The translations under genes were made by a program, and so were the position numbers. Under the pieces are notes generated by a model. The model saw nothing but the letters and a program-made list of their open reading frames with translations. It made no database searches and was not told the origin of the DNA. A stretch of 64,000 bases of DNA from an uncultured virus (IMG/VR IMGVR_UViG_3300032285_001110) (lineage: Duplodnaviria > Heunggongvirae > Uroviricota > Caudoviricetes): IMG/VR virus record IMGVR_UViG_3300032285_001110; one strand, given 5' to 3'. Shown piece by piece: positions 44,379 through 54,188 of the stretch (the first letter of the stretch is position 1; every line of letters starts with the position of its first letter).

Positions 44379-44594
44379 TTACTTCTTCTTGTGCTTAATG
44401 CGGGCAGCCAGTGCCTTGTCTTTGGCAGTGTCTTCCTTTTTAGTCAAAGTTTTGTCTTTGTCCATCTTCTTGTCAGCAGTCTCGAACTTCTTCTTCTGAG
44501 CAGGGGTCATGCCCTTTTCTTCTTTCTTGTCCTGCTTCTTATCCGCCTTGGAACCAATCCATGGTGGCATTGCCTTTTTCTTTTTTTCAGCCAT
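44379..44594 (-). CDS. Lys/Asp-rich small basic protein
   Basis: 71 aa, very Lys-rich. Confidence 0.75.
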   Translation of the reverse strand: MAEKKKKAMPPWIGSKADKKQDKKEEKGMTPAQKKKFETADKKMDKDKTLTKKEDTAKDKALAARIKHKKK

Positions 44595-44824
44595 TATTTT
44601 GCCTTTACTCTTGATTTTGCTGGGGTTTGACGCTTTTGCTTGCGAACTAGGTCTTCGTGCTTACGCTTAGCTTCGATAGCTTCATCTTCTGCCTTATAGA
44701 CAGCAGCTTTACTTGTTCCTGCCATACGCTTTAGTCCTTCGTTTTGGGGCAACAGTTCTGGGTGATTTTCTCTAGACATGGACTCGAAGTACCAGTCATG
44801 CTTAGTATTCCGAGTATGAAACAT
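44594..44824 (-). CDS. Small basic hypothetical protein
   Basis: 76 aa, TAATG-coupled. Confidence 0.7.
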   Translation of the reverse strand: MFHTRNTKHDWYFESMSRENHPELLPQNEGLKRMAGTSKAAVYKAEDEAIEAKRKHEDLVRKQKRQTPAKSRVKAK

Positions 44825-45129
44825 TACTTCTCGTTTTCTTTCTTACCAACACGACGTTTGTTCTCTTTAGCCACGTTTTTACCATGACTCATAGCTCTAA
44901 GGTTACCTTTAGAGTCGTTCTTTTTGTTGTTGTCTTTGTGGTCTACGTCGGTGTTCTTAGATAATTTTCCGTGAGTATCTTCGTAGTCTGCACGAGCCTT
45001 GTTCTTAGACTCAGTACGCCAACCGTCTTTAGTCTTTACTTTCCAAACGTAAATCTCACGACCACCGTTTTGTTTAGAGCCTTTGTACGGCCCAAACTTC
45101 TTACGGGTTCCAATTTTAACTTCCGACAT
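44824..45129 (-). CDS. Small HNH endonuclease
   Basis: DVDHKDNNKKNDSKGNLRAMSHGKN. Confidence 0.78.
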   Translation of the reverse strand: MSEVKIGTRKKFGPYKGSKQNGGREIYVWKVKTKDGWRTESKNKARADYEDTHGKLSKNTDVDHKDNNKKNDSKGNLRAMSHGKNVAKENKRRVGKKENEK

Positions 45130-45440
45130 TACTTCTTACCCTTTTTAGCATCAAGACGCTTGCGAATAGCTGCTGCCTTCTTCTTGGCGTCTGCTTTAGA
45201 AGACGCTCCCCAAGCTTCTAGGCTGAGTAGAAGACGAGTAGGCTCACCATTAGGCTTACGCTCAGGACCAGGAGAACCACCCATACGTGCCAAGAATGAC
45301 GCACGACGTGGGTTGTCACCAGACTTAACTGGGGCCTTTAGGTGTGCTCCATGAGCCTTATTGTAAGATGCACGCCCCTTAGCGTTCAGTCCACCCTTAG
45401 CGTTCTGGCCTTCTTTTTTCTGCCAAGCTTCACTTGCCAT
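45129..45440 (-). CDS. Small basic phage protein (DUF6321-like)
   Basis: AWQKKEGQNAKGGLNAKGRASY...RRASFLARM...SLEAWG; family name from recall. Confidence 0.7.
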   Translation of the reverse strand: MASEAWQKKEGQNAKGGLNAKGRASYNKAHGAHLKAPVKSGDNPRRASFLARMGGSPGPERKPNGEPTRLLLSLEAWGASSKADAKKKAAAIRKRLDAKKGKK

Positions 45441-45555
45441 TTTTCTTTACCTTCTTCTTAAGCTTCTTTTTCTTAGTGTGCTTTTCCCATTCTTTGGCCA
45501 TTTCAGTTTTATTAGCATACATCCAAGCACGCTGAGCCTGTGACTCAAAAGGCAT
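45430..45555 (-). CDS. 41-aa Lys-rich microprotein (not in ORF track)
   Basis: MPFESQAQRAWMYANKTEMAKEWEKHTKKKKLKKKVKKNGK*; ATG overlaps the upstream TAA. Confidence 0.72.
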   Translation of the reverse strand: MPFESQAQRAWMYANKTEMAKEWEKHTKKKKLKKKVKKNGK

Positions 45556-46418
45556 TATGCAACTCGCCAAGTGTTAATAGTGGCACTAGACGACGCTGGA
45601 CGAGTTGGGTTAGTTCCTGCAACAGTAGGAGTCAATGCAACACCTGCAGCAGCTGCCCACCAGTAAATCTGAATGTAGTCATTGGCTGCAACAGTAATCA
45701 AGTCAGTAATGTGGCCCATAACCTGGGCTGCCTGAGAACCAGTAGTAGTAAAGGTGTATGCAGAGTTTGCCACTGCAGTACCGTTTTTTGCATACCAAAC
45801 AGTGATGTTATAGTTGCTAGCTCCACCGCTAAAGAAGTACAGGCCATTAAAGTCAATGGCATATGTTCCAGCATTTGCAAATGTAATCTTAGAGCTAGTA
45901 GCTCCACTGTCAATGGATGTACCACTGGAGTTAGTTACGGTGTTAAAAGTCACCAAGTTAGCGGAGGTAACCCCACCGCTAGTCTGAGTGGCTGTGCTTT
46001 CAAACGAACCGTAGTAAGGTTTCCAAGCAGTAGTCTGTACAGTGGAATCAGCAAAAGTAAGATTAGTAACTGTTACATTAGGTAGCTGAGCCTGAGCAAT
46101 TCCATTAATAGTAAACGCACCATTATTTACAGCAATAGCCGCGTTAGTGTTAGTCAATGTCTGGTCAGTAAGGTACAACGTTCCTGGACCAATATGCACA
46201 GAAGCAAACCGCTTAGCATTACTGCCTAGGTTGTACACATTGTCAGTAGCAGGCAAGATGTCTGCGGTAACTGCACCAATAGTAACTGCCTTACCTTCTA
46301 CAGTGGTTAGGCGAGAATCGATGCCTGTAATAGCGGCACTAATTGGGGTATCCCAGTTGGAATCACCATGGGCTGGAAGTGTTACTGTCATTCTAGACTC
46401 CGTAAGGGTTAGTGCCAT
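45555..46418 (-). CDS. Fibre-like protein with a C-terminal C1q/BclA-like domain
   Basis: ILPATDNVYNLGS fibre motif; YYGSF...ITFANAGTY...NDYIQIYW. Confidence 0.65.
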   Translation of the reverse strand: MALTLTESRMTVTLPAHGDSNWDTPISAAITGIDSRLTTVEGKAVTIGAVTADILPATDNVYNLGSNAKRFASVHIGPGTLYLTDQTLTNTNAAIAVNNGAFTINGIAQAQLPNVTVTNLTFADSTVQTTAWKPYYGSFESTATQTSGGVTSANLVTFNTVTNSSGTSIDSGATSSKITFANAGTYAIDFNGLYFFSGGASNYNITVWYAKNGTAVANSAYTFTTTGSQAAQVMGHITDLITVAANDYIQIYWWAAAAGVALTPTVAGTNPTRPASSSATINTWRVA

Positions 46419-47016
46419 AGCCAGTTACGCCATAGCCAGTTGCTGGGTTAAGTCGATTATCTACCGAAGAAGTTGCTGCGTAAGCCTGGAACTGAGGGTC
46501 ATTGACCATTTCTTCAGGGTTAACCTGGTTGCAGTCAACGGTTACAACTGCAAAGCGATTACCGAAAGAACCACGAGGCAAAACACGAGTAGGTACAAAC
46601 ACTTCACCTCTATATAGAATTCTATCTTTAATGTGAGTGTTTGAATCGGTAATCAAAGATGGCAATAGACGTTGAACTTCACCTACGTTAATTACTAGGC
46701 GTAGTGTATCTGTGGTATAGAAACCACGTTCGTTCATAACGTTAGTACCACGAACAAACTGGGCCATTACTACAGGCATATTGAATGGGTACATCCAACG
46801 ACGACCCTGACCAACTACAGAGCTAGAAACATCGTAAATATTATCTACGATACCTGTGTAATTAGCTGCGGTATAGCTATCTGACCATCTAAACCAAGAT
46901 ACGTCAACACCTACAGTGCCACCGAGTTCTTCAGATATACCTTCGTACATCGACATGGCTTCGTAGTCCATGCCAAAGCGTGAACTACGGTCTGTGCCTT
47001 CTCTTCCACCACGCAT
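46393..47016 (-). CDS. Head closure / neck protein
   Basis: ERGFYTTDTL and DRILYRGEVFVP motifs; position in the morphogenesis module. Confidence 0.6.
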   Translation of the reverse strand: MRGGREGTDRSSRFGMDYEAMSMYEGISEELGGTVGVDVSWFRWSDSYTAANYTGIVDNIYDVSSSVVGQGRRWMYPFNMPVVMAQFVRGTNVMNERGFYTTDTLRLVINVGEVQRLLPSLITDSNTHIKDRILYRGEVFVPTRVLPRGSFGNRFAVVTVDCNQVNPEEMVNDPQFQAYAATSSVDNRLNPATGYGVTGYGTNPYGV

Positions 47017-48323
47017 TAGCTACTCAACACCCAACTGGTTCCATTGTAAACATAAACTGGCTTGGCTACCCAAGCAGAACCTGAGTACACACTTACTGTG
47101 GCTTTATACCAAGTACTTCCCGTTACAACTGCGACTCCACCTTGTACAGTCCCCGAGAAACTTTGTGAAATAGCCCCATTTACGTTAGTAGCAGTAATAG
47201 TAAAACTATAGGTAGACACTTTAGTAGGTGTACCTGTGACTGCTCCTGTAGATGTATCTAATGCAATTCCAGCTGGAAGAGTTCCAGCACTAACTGAATA
47301 CGCACCGCTATAACCACTCATGTAGTTAGCAGTAACTCCATCAGAATAAGCTGCCGCAATAGTAAATGAGCCTAAAGCACTGTCTGACCAAGTTGGAGAT
47401 GGATTAGATGGAGGAGGAGGAGGGCTATAGGTCCAGTCTGCAGTATATGTTACATCCCCATTAATAGCAGCTGTAGTAGCTCCTTGACCAAGTCCGCTCT
47501 GACCATTACCTGACCAACCATTAAATGTGTAGTCAGTTCTAGAAGTACTCGGAGTAGTAGTAGTCGAGCCATGGCTAACTGAAACCGAAGAAGGAGAACC
47601 AGAACCACCATTATAGTTCCAGGTAACAGTATGAGGAGTCCATATAGCAGTAAAGGTAACGTTACCTGTTACTGGGCTGTATGGAAGACTTGGGCTCCAA
47701 GCGTAAAATGTTTTACCACTAAGAGTTGGGTTTGAAGACGGTGCTGGAACAGTGCCACCAGATTGAACAGAGGAAGTATAACCATTACCACCTGTTCCAC
47801 CAGCTAAATCATAGCTCATAGTGTATAGCTGAAGCCATTGTGCAGTAATAGTAGTATTCGCAGATACAGTAGTTGGAAGACTCGGGCTCCAACCATTAAA
47901 CACATATCCAGACCTAGTAGGAGTACTGGCAGGAGCAGAAACAGAACCTGAGGTAGTTGATGGGTATGTTCCTCCACCAGAACCTCCAGCTAAATCCCAA
48001 GTAAGAGTATATGAAGGACTAGCTACTACTGTGCTATTTGATGGGGGGATTGTTGCAGTACCAGCAGCACCGTTTAGATTAAGCTGAACACTATTACTAT
48101 ATCCAGCACCGTAGTTACTGCCATATGTTAGCCCAGTTACAGTAATAGAGCCAGAGCCACCTGCAAACCCAGAACCACTAGCAGTACCGCTAATAGTTCC
48201 AGAGCCGCTTAGGGTTAGCGACCAGTTAAATGAGGCACCAGGAGAAGTAGTCACGCTCCAGTTAACAGTAACTTGACCTGGAGTTGAGGAAGATACTGTT
48301 AAGGATGTAGCACTATAACTCAT
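47016..48323 (-). CDS. Ig-like repeat protein (Listeria-Bacteroides repeats + He_PIG-like Ig domain)
   Basis: Repeats PTRSGYVFNGW, PTLSGKTFYAW and SRTDYTFNGW; LPAGIALDTSTGAVTGTPT. Confidence 0.78.
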   Translation of the reverse strand: MSYSATSLTVSSSTPGQVTVNWSVTTSPGASFNWSLTLSGSGTISGTASGSGFAGGSGSITVTGLTYGSNYGAGYSNSVQLNLNGAAGTATIPPSNSTVVASPSYTLTWDLAGGSGGGTYPSTTSGSVSAPASTPTRSGYVFNGWSPSLPTTVSANTTITAQWLQLYTMSYDLAGGTGGNGYTSSVQSGGTVPAPSSNPTLSGKTFYAWSPSLPYSPVTGNVTFTAIWTPHTVTWNYNGGSGSPSSVSVSHGSTTTTPSTSRTDYTFNGWSGNGQSGLGQGATTAAINGDVTYTADWTYSPPPPPSNPSPTWSDSALGSFTIAAAYSDGVTANYMSGYSGAYSVSAGTLPAGIALDTSTGAVTGTPTKVSTYSFTITATNVNGAISQSFSGTVQGGVAVVTGSTWYKATVSVYSGSAWVAKPVYVYNGTSWVLSS

Positions 48324-48326
48324 GGG

Positions 48327-48626
48327 CTATGCCTGAATCCAGATGTCTCCAGTAACCATTCCCGAAGAAGGAGCAGATGCCGCAACAAACACTGTGCGGT
48401 CTAGGCTAGAGGCACGAATCTTGCTAGTAGTAGTAGCCAAAGTAGTTGTATCAGAGTTACCTGATTTAATGTAAGCCAAAGAAGTCCAAGCAGTAGTGCC
48501 ATCACCAATCTTGGACTTAAGGGTATCTGTTTCTACGCCAAGTTCTCCAGCAGCAAGAACTGAGTTAGTGCTGGTCCAGTTGGCGGCAGTATCCCTGCGG
48601 TGCTTAATAACTGTCTTTGCAGCCAT
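48327..48626 (-). CDS. Stand-alone Mtd_N-like fibre N-terminal domain protein
   Basis: RRDTAANWTSTNSVLAAGELGVETDT..KIGDGTTAWTSLAY. Confidence 0.82.
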   Translation of the reverse strand: MAAKTVIKHRRDTAANWTSTNSVLAAGELGVETDTLKSKIGDGTTAWTSLAYIKSGNSDTTTLATTTSKIRASSLDRTVFVAASAPSSGMVTGDIWIQA

Positions 48627-48651
48627 AATACACTCCTAAAAGTCTTTACTA

Positions 48652-48682
48652 CTATTTTGCCTGATAACAGGTAGATTTACTG
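48652..48682 (-). promoter_or_regulatory. Putative late promoter motif, copy 2
   Basis: CAGTAAATCTACCTGTTATCAGGCAAAATAG, directly after a terminator. Confidence 0.55.
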
Positions 48683-48686
48683 GCTC

Positions 48687-48716
48687 AAAACTAAAGGCCC
48701 CCCTAGGGGCCTTTAG
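48687..48716 (-). terminator. Intrinsic terminator
   Basis: 11-bp stem CUAAAGGCCCC-UAGG-GGGGCCUUUAG followed by UUUU. Confidence 0.8.
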
Positions 48717-48760
48717 CATCCTTGTCGGGATAGCGGATTACCGCTTGTTCCTACCTTGCA

Positions 48761-49108
48761 TTAGCCAGGCAAGTTAATTGGGACCCATTTCTTTTTCTTT
48801 TCGTCCCAAGTATAAATAGCACCGTCAGTAGGGTAAGGCACTGGTGCCTCCCATAGACAAGTGTCTTCAACCAAAACCCAACTAGGAAATGGCTTAGGTG
48901 GAATAAACGCATCACGAGTTTCATCGTAAGAATAGCCGATGCCAGCAAAGTTCTTACGAATGTTTCCATTGTACGACGTCTTTACCCAGTTACCGCCTAG
49001 ATTATCTAGGAGCCACTGGTAACCTTCATCACCATTAGGGTCATTGTTGTCTGTTACAAGGACTCGTGTAACAATGTTGTCTGAATCAATTTCTGCAAAG
49101 TGTGCCAT
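48761..49108 (-). CDS. Fibre-associated hypothetical protein
   Basis: MAHFAEID...WVKTSYN...RKNFAGIGYSYD...FIPPKPFPSW; I recall this family next to glycine-rich fibre genes. Confidence 0.8.
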   Translation of the reverse strand: MAHFAEIDSDNIVTRVLVTDNNDPNGDEGYQWLLDNLGGNWVKTSYNGNIRKNFAGIGYSYDETRDAFIPPKPFPSWVLVEDTCLWEAPVPYPTDGAIYTWDEKKKKWVPINLPG

Positions 49109-49109
49109 G

Positions 49110-49337
49110 TTATCCTCTCCAGGCTGCAATTTCTTCTGGGGTGATTCCCAATGCTAATAGTTTAGCATTGAAAGACTCTACAGCAGTGGCTTTCGCTTCC
49201 TCGGCAGCAGCAAGTTCTGCTTGCTGTGCTTCATAGGCTGCTTGGTCAGTTTCCCTTTGGGCGATTTCTTCATCAGTCAACTCGATGGTCTCAGTGATAC
49301 CAGTATCGAAGTTGTGAACAATTTTAGTTGGTCTCAT
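49110..49337 (-). CDS. Fibre-associated small protein
   Basis: ELTDEEIAQ...KLLALGITPEEI. Confidence 0.78.
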   Translation of the reverse strand: MRPTKIVHNFDTGITETIELTDEEIAQRETDQAAYEAQQAELAAAEEAKATAVESFNAKLLALGITPEEIAAWRG

Positions 49338-49355
49338 TTCTTTCCTTAATAGTTA

Positions 49356-51389
49356 TTAAAGTCCATACCTAGACTTAGTGGCATTAAAGTTTGCAGTAAT
49401 TTCAGTGGAAGAAAGTGCCCTATTGTACATCCAGAATGTTCCTAGGTTTCCAGTCCAAGGACCTCCACCACCAGGTTCATCACCGATAGTTCTTCCTAAA
49501 ATATAGTTTGTTGTAGGAGCAATCGGACCACCTCCTGAATAAGTACCGATAACTGTACCATTTTTATACGCAGTAGGAACTCCAGAAGCATCAAGTACCA
49601 TAGTCACCATCTGCCAACCAGTATCCCAGTTTACTCCCGTACCAATCCAACGAGCACCTGAAAATAGCATAATTATTTCTTGACCTGTAGAACCGTAGGA
49701 ACCAGCACCTTGACCAATAGAATAACCGCCATTATTACTTCCAATTCTAAAGAATGGACCTTTTCGACCTGCTTGAACATTTACCCAACCTTGTAAAGTA
49801 ACATTTGAAGTTGCAGTAGATGGTATAGGTCCCGAAACGTAATCATCTACACCGTCAAATGACATGGAGCCTATACCTAGTGTAGAGAACGCTGTGCCAT
49901 TTAATAGCGTACCGTCATACGCATTTCCACTTAGGTCTTTCCAAACAGTTCCGTATCCAGGATAAGACCCAGTGTACCCAGCATCAAGATTAAGGATAAG
50001 CCCAGAAGAAATAACTGATAGGGGAGTAGACACCCCAAAAGTTACTGAGCCAGAAGCATACCAAGTATACACACGATAACCATTTACATAGTTTATTTCT
50101 GGATTACCAGTTGTGTACATTGCTGGGGCGTAAGTTTGTGGATAACGAAGTATTACTACGCCAGAACCACCAGCAGAACCAGCAGTAGTGTAAGAACCGC
50201 CACCGCCACCGCCACCAGTGTTTATCTGACCAACTGTTGAGGATACGGTTGGAGTGCCACTTGTCAATGCACCCTGCCCTCCACCTCCCATACCTCCAGT
50301 TCCTCCAGTCAAATTAGTGGCAGCAAATGCTGACCCACCACCACCACCTGCGTAATACTGGGAAAATCCATTTAAGGTTAATAGGGAGCCATCTCCGCCA
50401 TTTCCAGCAGTAAGAGTAGACGTTCCAGAGTTATATGATGCGTTAGTTCCTACGAATGCTGACCCACCACCGCCACCAGCAGACCAGTTAGTTCCATTAG
50501 AACTTCCAGAACCACCAGCATACCCCTGCCCAACAGTTCCAACGGCACCTGCTGCTCCCGAGGTATTAGCCTGCCCTCCACCACCAGAACCTCCAGTGGC
50601 AGCGTTACTGGAGTTATATGGACCGCCACCGCCTCCACCACCCGTAGTGCTAATAGTAGAGAAAGCAGACCCGACTCCATTGGTTCCTACTCCACTAGTT
50701 CCTCCTGCACCACCACCGCCTACTGTGACTGTAAGGGCAGTTCCAGAAGTAACAGTAAACCCAGTACCAGTCAAAAGACCTCCTGCACCGCCACCTCCAC
50801 CAATGTTATAACCACCACCACCGCCTCCTGCAACTACTAAGTAGTCAACAGTAGGAGTAGTGCCTGTAGAAGTTACTATTGGGTTTACACCATAAAGAGA
50901 AGCACTTGAATACTGTACAAATGTTCCAGTAGACGCAATTAAAGAAACTTGAGTAATTGCAGAAGTGGTTGACCAGTTACCCCCTATTAACTGTATTCCT
51001 CCAGCAGTAGCGTTATTATCAAAAGCAACATCCATCATCATAGTTTTAACATTAAGACCTGTGTAGTTAGGGATATAAATAGACCCGTTGCTAAAAGTTG
51101 AGGCAGGAGCGTTAGCCGCAGTAGAGCTACCCCAAGAAATTTGAGCACCACTAGAGTCTGTAGCTGATTGAGCAGTTGTTCCATTTGTTGTATACAACAT
51201 ACGTGCTAGATACCCAGTAGAACTTCCGTTAAATCTAACCCATGTGTCAATATAAGTAGAGGCATTAGTTCCTCTAGCAGAATATACGAGAATTAAATCT
51301 GTATACGTTTGTGGTATTGAAACAAAATTAATGCTGGCAGCACCAGCGGCTCCTACTGTCTGAGTGCTAATTAAAGTGCCATAACTCAT
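49356..51389 (-). CDS. Glycine-rich fibre protein with a C-terminal concanavalin-A/LamG-like domain
   Basis: YLVVAGGGGG...GGSGVVILRY glycine-rich domain; LNLDAG..SY, FDGVDDY and YNRALS..EI..NF. Confidence 0.82.
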   Translation of the reverse strand: MSYGTLISTQTVGAAGAASINFVSIPQTYTDLILVYSARGTNASTYIDTWVRFNGSSTGYLARMLYTTNGTTAQSATDSSGAQISWGSSTAANAPASTFSNGSIYIPNYTGLNVKTMMMDVAFDNNATAGGIQLIGGNWSTTSAITQVSLIASTGTFVQYSSASLYGVNPIVTSTGTTPTVDYLVVAGGGGGGYNIGGGGGAGGLLTGTGFTVTSGTALTVTVGGGGAGGTSGVGTNGVGSAFSTISTTGGGGGGGPYNSSNAATGGSGGGGQANTSGAAGAVGTVGQGYAGGSGSSNGTNWSAGGGGGSAFVGTNASYNSGTSTLTAGNGGDGSLLTLNGFSQYYAGGGGGSAFAATNLTGGTGGMGGGGQGALTSGTPTVSSTVGQINTGGGGGGGSYTTAGSAGGSGVVILRYPQTYAPAMYTTGNPEINYVNGYRVYTWYASGSVTFGVSTPLSVISSGLILNLDAGYTGSYPGYGTVWKDLSGNAYDGTLLNGTAFSTLGIGSMSFDGVDDYVSGPIPSTATSNVTLQGWVNVQAGRKGPFFRIGSNNGGYSIGQGAGSYGSTGQEIIMLFSGARWIGTGVNWDTGWQMVTMVLDASGVPTAYKNGTVIGTYSGGGPIAPTTNYILGRTIGDEPGGGGPWTGNLGTFWMYNRALSSTEITANFNATKSRYGL

Positions 51390-51868
51390 CCTATTACTCC
51401 AAACAAAGATACCGTAGTTCCAGAAGAAAAATTGCCACCACTAGAAGTTACGGAGATGTTAGTGACTGCGGCTAAAGATGCCCACCTACCCGTAACCATA
51501 AAAATATATTGAGAAGGAATTACTGATTTACTCAAAGTTACTTTGTGCTTATCAACAGTGGAGTATTCCATAATGTCTGCAACAATTGTTGTTGGGCTAG
51601 TGGAACCGCCAATATCCCCTAAGTACACATACCCATAAGAACTTGAAACTGAACCACCAATGTTAGTGCCATCTCCGTATGCCCGAACCCACGAATAGTT
51701 ACTTGCAGTATCTGAATTAAAAGTTAAAAATGCACTACCACCAGAAACTGTAGTTCCGTTAATTATTATTTTTAAATCTTTATATGAAGAAGGAATATTG
51801 GCAAAAACTATAGCTGCCTGAACAGCTCCTACAGTCACGCTTCCCAATGGAATTAATGCTTGAACCAC
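51386..51868 (-). CDS. Fibre-associated beta-sandwich protein
   Basis: FANIPSSYKDLKI...TVSLFGV; paralogous to domains in both flanking genes. Confidence 0.78.
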   Translation of the reverse strand: MVQALIPLGSVTVGAVQAAIVFANIPSSYKDLKIIINGTTVSGGSAFLTFNSDTASNYSWVRAYGDGTNIGGSVSSSYGYVYLGDIGGSTSPTTIVADIMEYSTVDKHKVTLSKSVIPSQYIFMVTGRWASLAAVTNISVTSSGGNFSSGTTVSLFGVIG

Positions 51869-53304
51869 TATGCTCGTACTCCATAAAGTCGAAATGTTGA
51901 AGTAGGAATAAACACTCCTCCAGAAGCGGCATTGTATGTATCCGTGATAGTAATACTAGTAACTGGTGAGGTATTATACCAAGCACCAGAGCTTAACCAG
52001 TTTCTTGGGTCTGTCCCTGTTCGTCCAGAAAAACTACGAATTGTTTTATTTTTAATAGAACTTGAGTAATCTAAAATATCAAATATTCCAACACCAAAAT
52101 TATTGGCATCAGATGCATTTCCTTGGAAACCGTCAATAGTAATAAAACTTTGAGAAACGCCATTTCCTGCACCAGGACTACCGTTTACTCCTGTTATATA
52201 ATGAAAAGAGTATCCTGTGGCTGAACTATTAAAAGTTACGTTAACAGGGTTATACGCATTTGCCAAGCTGTCTCTAGTAGCTAGACGCAACTGCAAATGC
52301 GTATAGTCTTGAGGAATAGCGGTAAAAGTAACTGAGGCTTGATTGGAAGTAAGTGTTACTGTACCTAAAAGCTCGTAGTCACCCTGAGTACTAAAAACCA
52401 AAGTTTTAAGATATCGCACAATTACAATACCAGAACCGCCTGGAAATGCAGTAGTAAAATTTGCATCTCCATTAGAGCCTCCGCCACCACCAGTGTTTGC
52501 AGTTCCAGCACTACCTGAAGAATTGTACACGCCACCGTTACCGCCACCGCCATTTCCTCCAGTTCCTCTAGTTCCACCAGAAATGTAGGTGCCTCCACCA
52601 CCACCGCCAGAATAGTAAACAGTACCAGAAACATTCTGTCCTGTAGCCGTAGCTAATCCCCAAGAAGAATAGTCGGAAGACCCAGACCCACCATTTCCAC
52701 CAGTATTATTAGCAGCATTTGCACCTACGGCAGAAGCACCTCCACCACCAGAACCCGCAGTAGTAAAGTTAGTTCCACCAGCAAATCCCTGACCAGTAGT
52801 ACCCGCACCACCAGGTCGAGAAGTTGTAGCATCGTGCCCAGAACCTCCACCAGAACCACCAGAATTACCTGTAGCTTGTTTTCCGCCACCACCGCCTCCA
52901 CCAATAGACGCCGTTAGTGCTCCAAACTGTGAATTTGCTCCATTTGATGCAGGTACACTAATTACTGTTCCAGCAGCACCTCCAGCACCTACAGTAACAG
53001 TATAAGAACCAGAAATTAAAGATTGACTAGCAAACCCCTGTAAACCACCAGCACCACCGCCACCAGCAGAGTCAAATCCTGCACCACCGCCACCAGCGAC
53101 AACAAGAATATCAGCAGTCAAATTACCGCTAGAAACAGTCAGAGTTCCACTAGACGTAAATACTCGATAGTAATACGTGCTATCAGAGGCTACCATTCCT
53201 CCCGATACCGACAGTGACCCATACGTAGGTGAGTTACCTACTAAGGCATTACGATATGTAAAATAACTACCAGTACGACTTCTTTTAATTGAATGAGTAG
53301 TCAT
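51868..53304 (-). CDS. Glycine-rich domain protein with an IPQxYTxL domain
   Basis: FTSSGTL, LVVAGGGG, GGSGIVIVRY and IPQDYTHLQLR. Confidence 0.8.
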   Translation of the reverse strand: MTTHSIKRSRTGSYFTYRNALVGNSPTYGSLSVSGGMVASDSTYYYRVFTSSGTLTVSSGNLTADILVVAGGGGAGFDSAGGGGAGGLQGFASQSLISGSYTVTVGAGGAAGTVISVPASNGANSQFGALTASIGGGGGGGKQATGNSGGSGGGSGHDATTSRPGGAGTTGQGFAGGTNFTTAGSGGGGASAVGANAANNTGGNGGSGSSDYSSWGLATATGQNVSGTVYYSGGGGGGTYISGGTRGTGGNGGGGNGGVYNSSGSAGTANTGGGGGSNGDANFTTAFPGGSGIVIVRYLKTLVFSTQGDYELLGTVTLTSNQASVTFTAIPQDYTHLQLRLATRDSLANAYNPVNVTFNSSATGYSFHYITGVNGSPGAGNGVSQSFITIDGFQGNASDANNFGVGIFDILDYSSSIKNKTIRSFSGRTGTDPRNWLSSGAWYNTSPVTSITITDTYNAASGGVFIPTSTFRLYGVRA

Positions 53305-54176
53305 TAGCCGCCCACCTGAGCACGAGTATACCTAAAAATTATGATGCCAGAACCGCCTGCACCACCAGCACCACCTCGACCACCACCGCCACCAGAACCA
53401 GTGTTTACTGTACCATCTGCATGTCCAGAACCTGAAATGGCACCACCGATACCATTAGCCGAGCCGCCTCGGTCATAGAAACCAGAACCTTTTCCACCTT
53501 CAGCATAGTATGCTAAAGCACCTGTATAGTTCAATTGCAGTCCTACACCACCATTAGCGGGCTCATTAGTAAACGCAGAGTTAGTTAGGTTGTTACCTGC
53601 TCCGCCAGCACCACCACCACCGCCAGCACCCGAGTCAGTACCACCAGCATTAGCTGATGAGCCGTAGCCACCAATATTTCCTTGACCAGAAACTGCCGTA
53701 CCACCAGAACCAGATACTGCAGTACCGCCACCACCTGAACCACCGTTACCACCAGCAAGACCATAACCCGCATAAGCACCGTAACCACCACCATAAGCAA
53801 TGTTGGCTCCGAATACGCTGTTAGCACCATTGCTATTGGTAGCACCTCCTGCACCAACTGTAATTGTGTAGGTATTTCCAGTAATAACTGAACTTGCTAC
53901 CTGGATAAGACCTCCTGCACCACCGCCACCACAGTAGTTAGCACCGCTAGTGCCTCCACCGCCGCCTCCACCTACAATAAGAATGTCTGCGGTAATGCTT
54001 GCACCAGTAATGGTAAGAGTCCCACTAGAAGTAAACGCCATGTAATAATACGTTGCGTCTGAGGTTAAAGTTCCACCAGATACTGTGGGTATTGGATTAT
54101 ATTTATTATTTCCAACCAACATCTTTTGGGTACGAGCAAAGACCCTCATACGAGAGTTTTTCATTGATTGTGGCAT
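53304..54176 (-). CDS. Glycine-rich domain protein
   Basis: FTSSGTL...LIVGGGGGGG...GGSGIIIFRY. Confidence 0.8.
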   Translation of the reverse strand: MPQSMKNSRMRVFARTQKMLVGNNKYNPIPTVSGGTLTSDATYYYMAFTSSGTLTITGASITADILIVGGGGGGGTSGANYCGGGGAGGLIQVASSVITGNTYTITVGAGGATNSNGANSVFGANIAYGGGYGAYAGYGLAGGNGGSGGGGTAVSGSGGTAVSGQGNIGGYGSSANAGGTDSGAGGGGGAGGAGNNLTNSAFTNEPANGGVGLQLNYTGALAYYAEGGKGSGFYDRGGSANGIGGAISGSGHADGTVNTGSGGGGGRGGAGGAGGSGIIIFRYTRAQVGG

Positions 54177-54188
54177 AGCTTAATCCTA

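Noticed and set aside
44824..45129. HNH as an intron-encoded or mobile homing endonuclease
   Set aside because: It is translationally coupled on both sides, interrupts no gene and has no flanking non-coding sequence.
48732..48745. Small hairpin AGCGG-ATTA-CCGCT upstream of the 48691 terminator
   Set aside because: Only 5 bp with no supporting context; could be chance.
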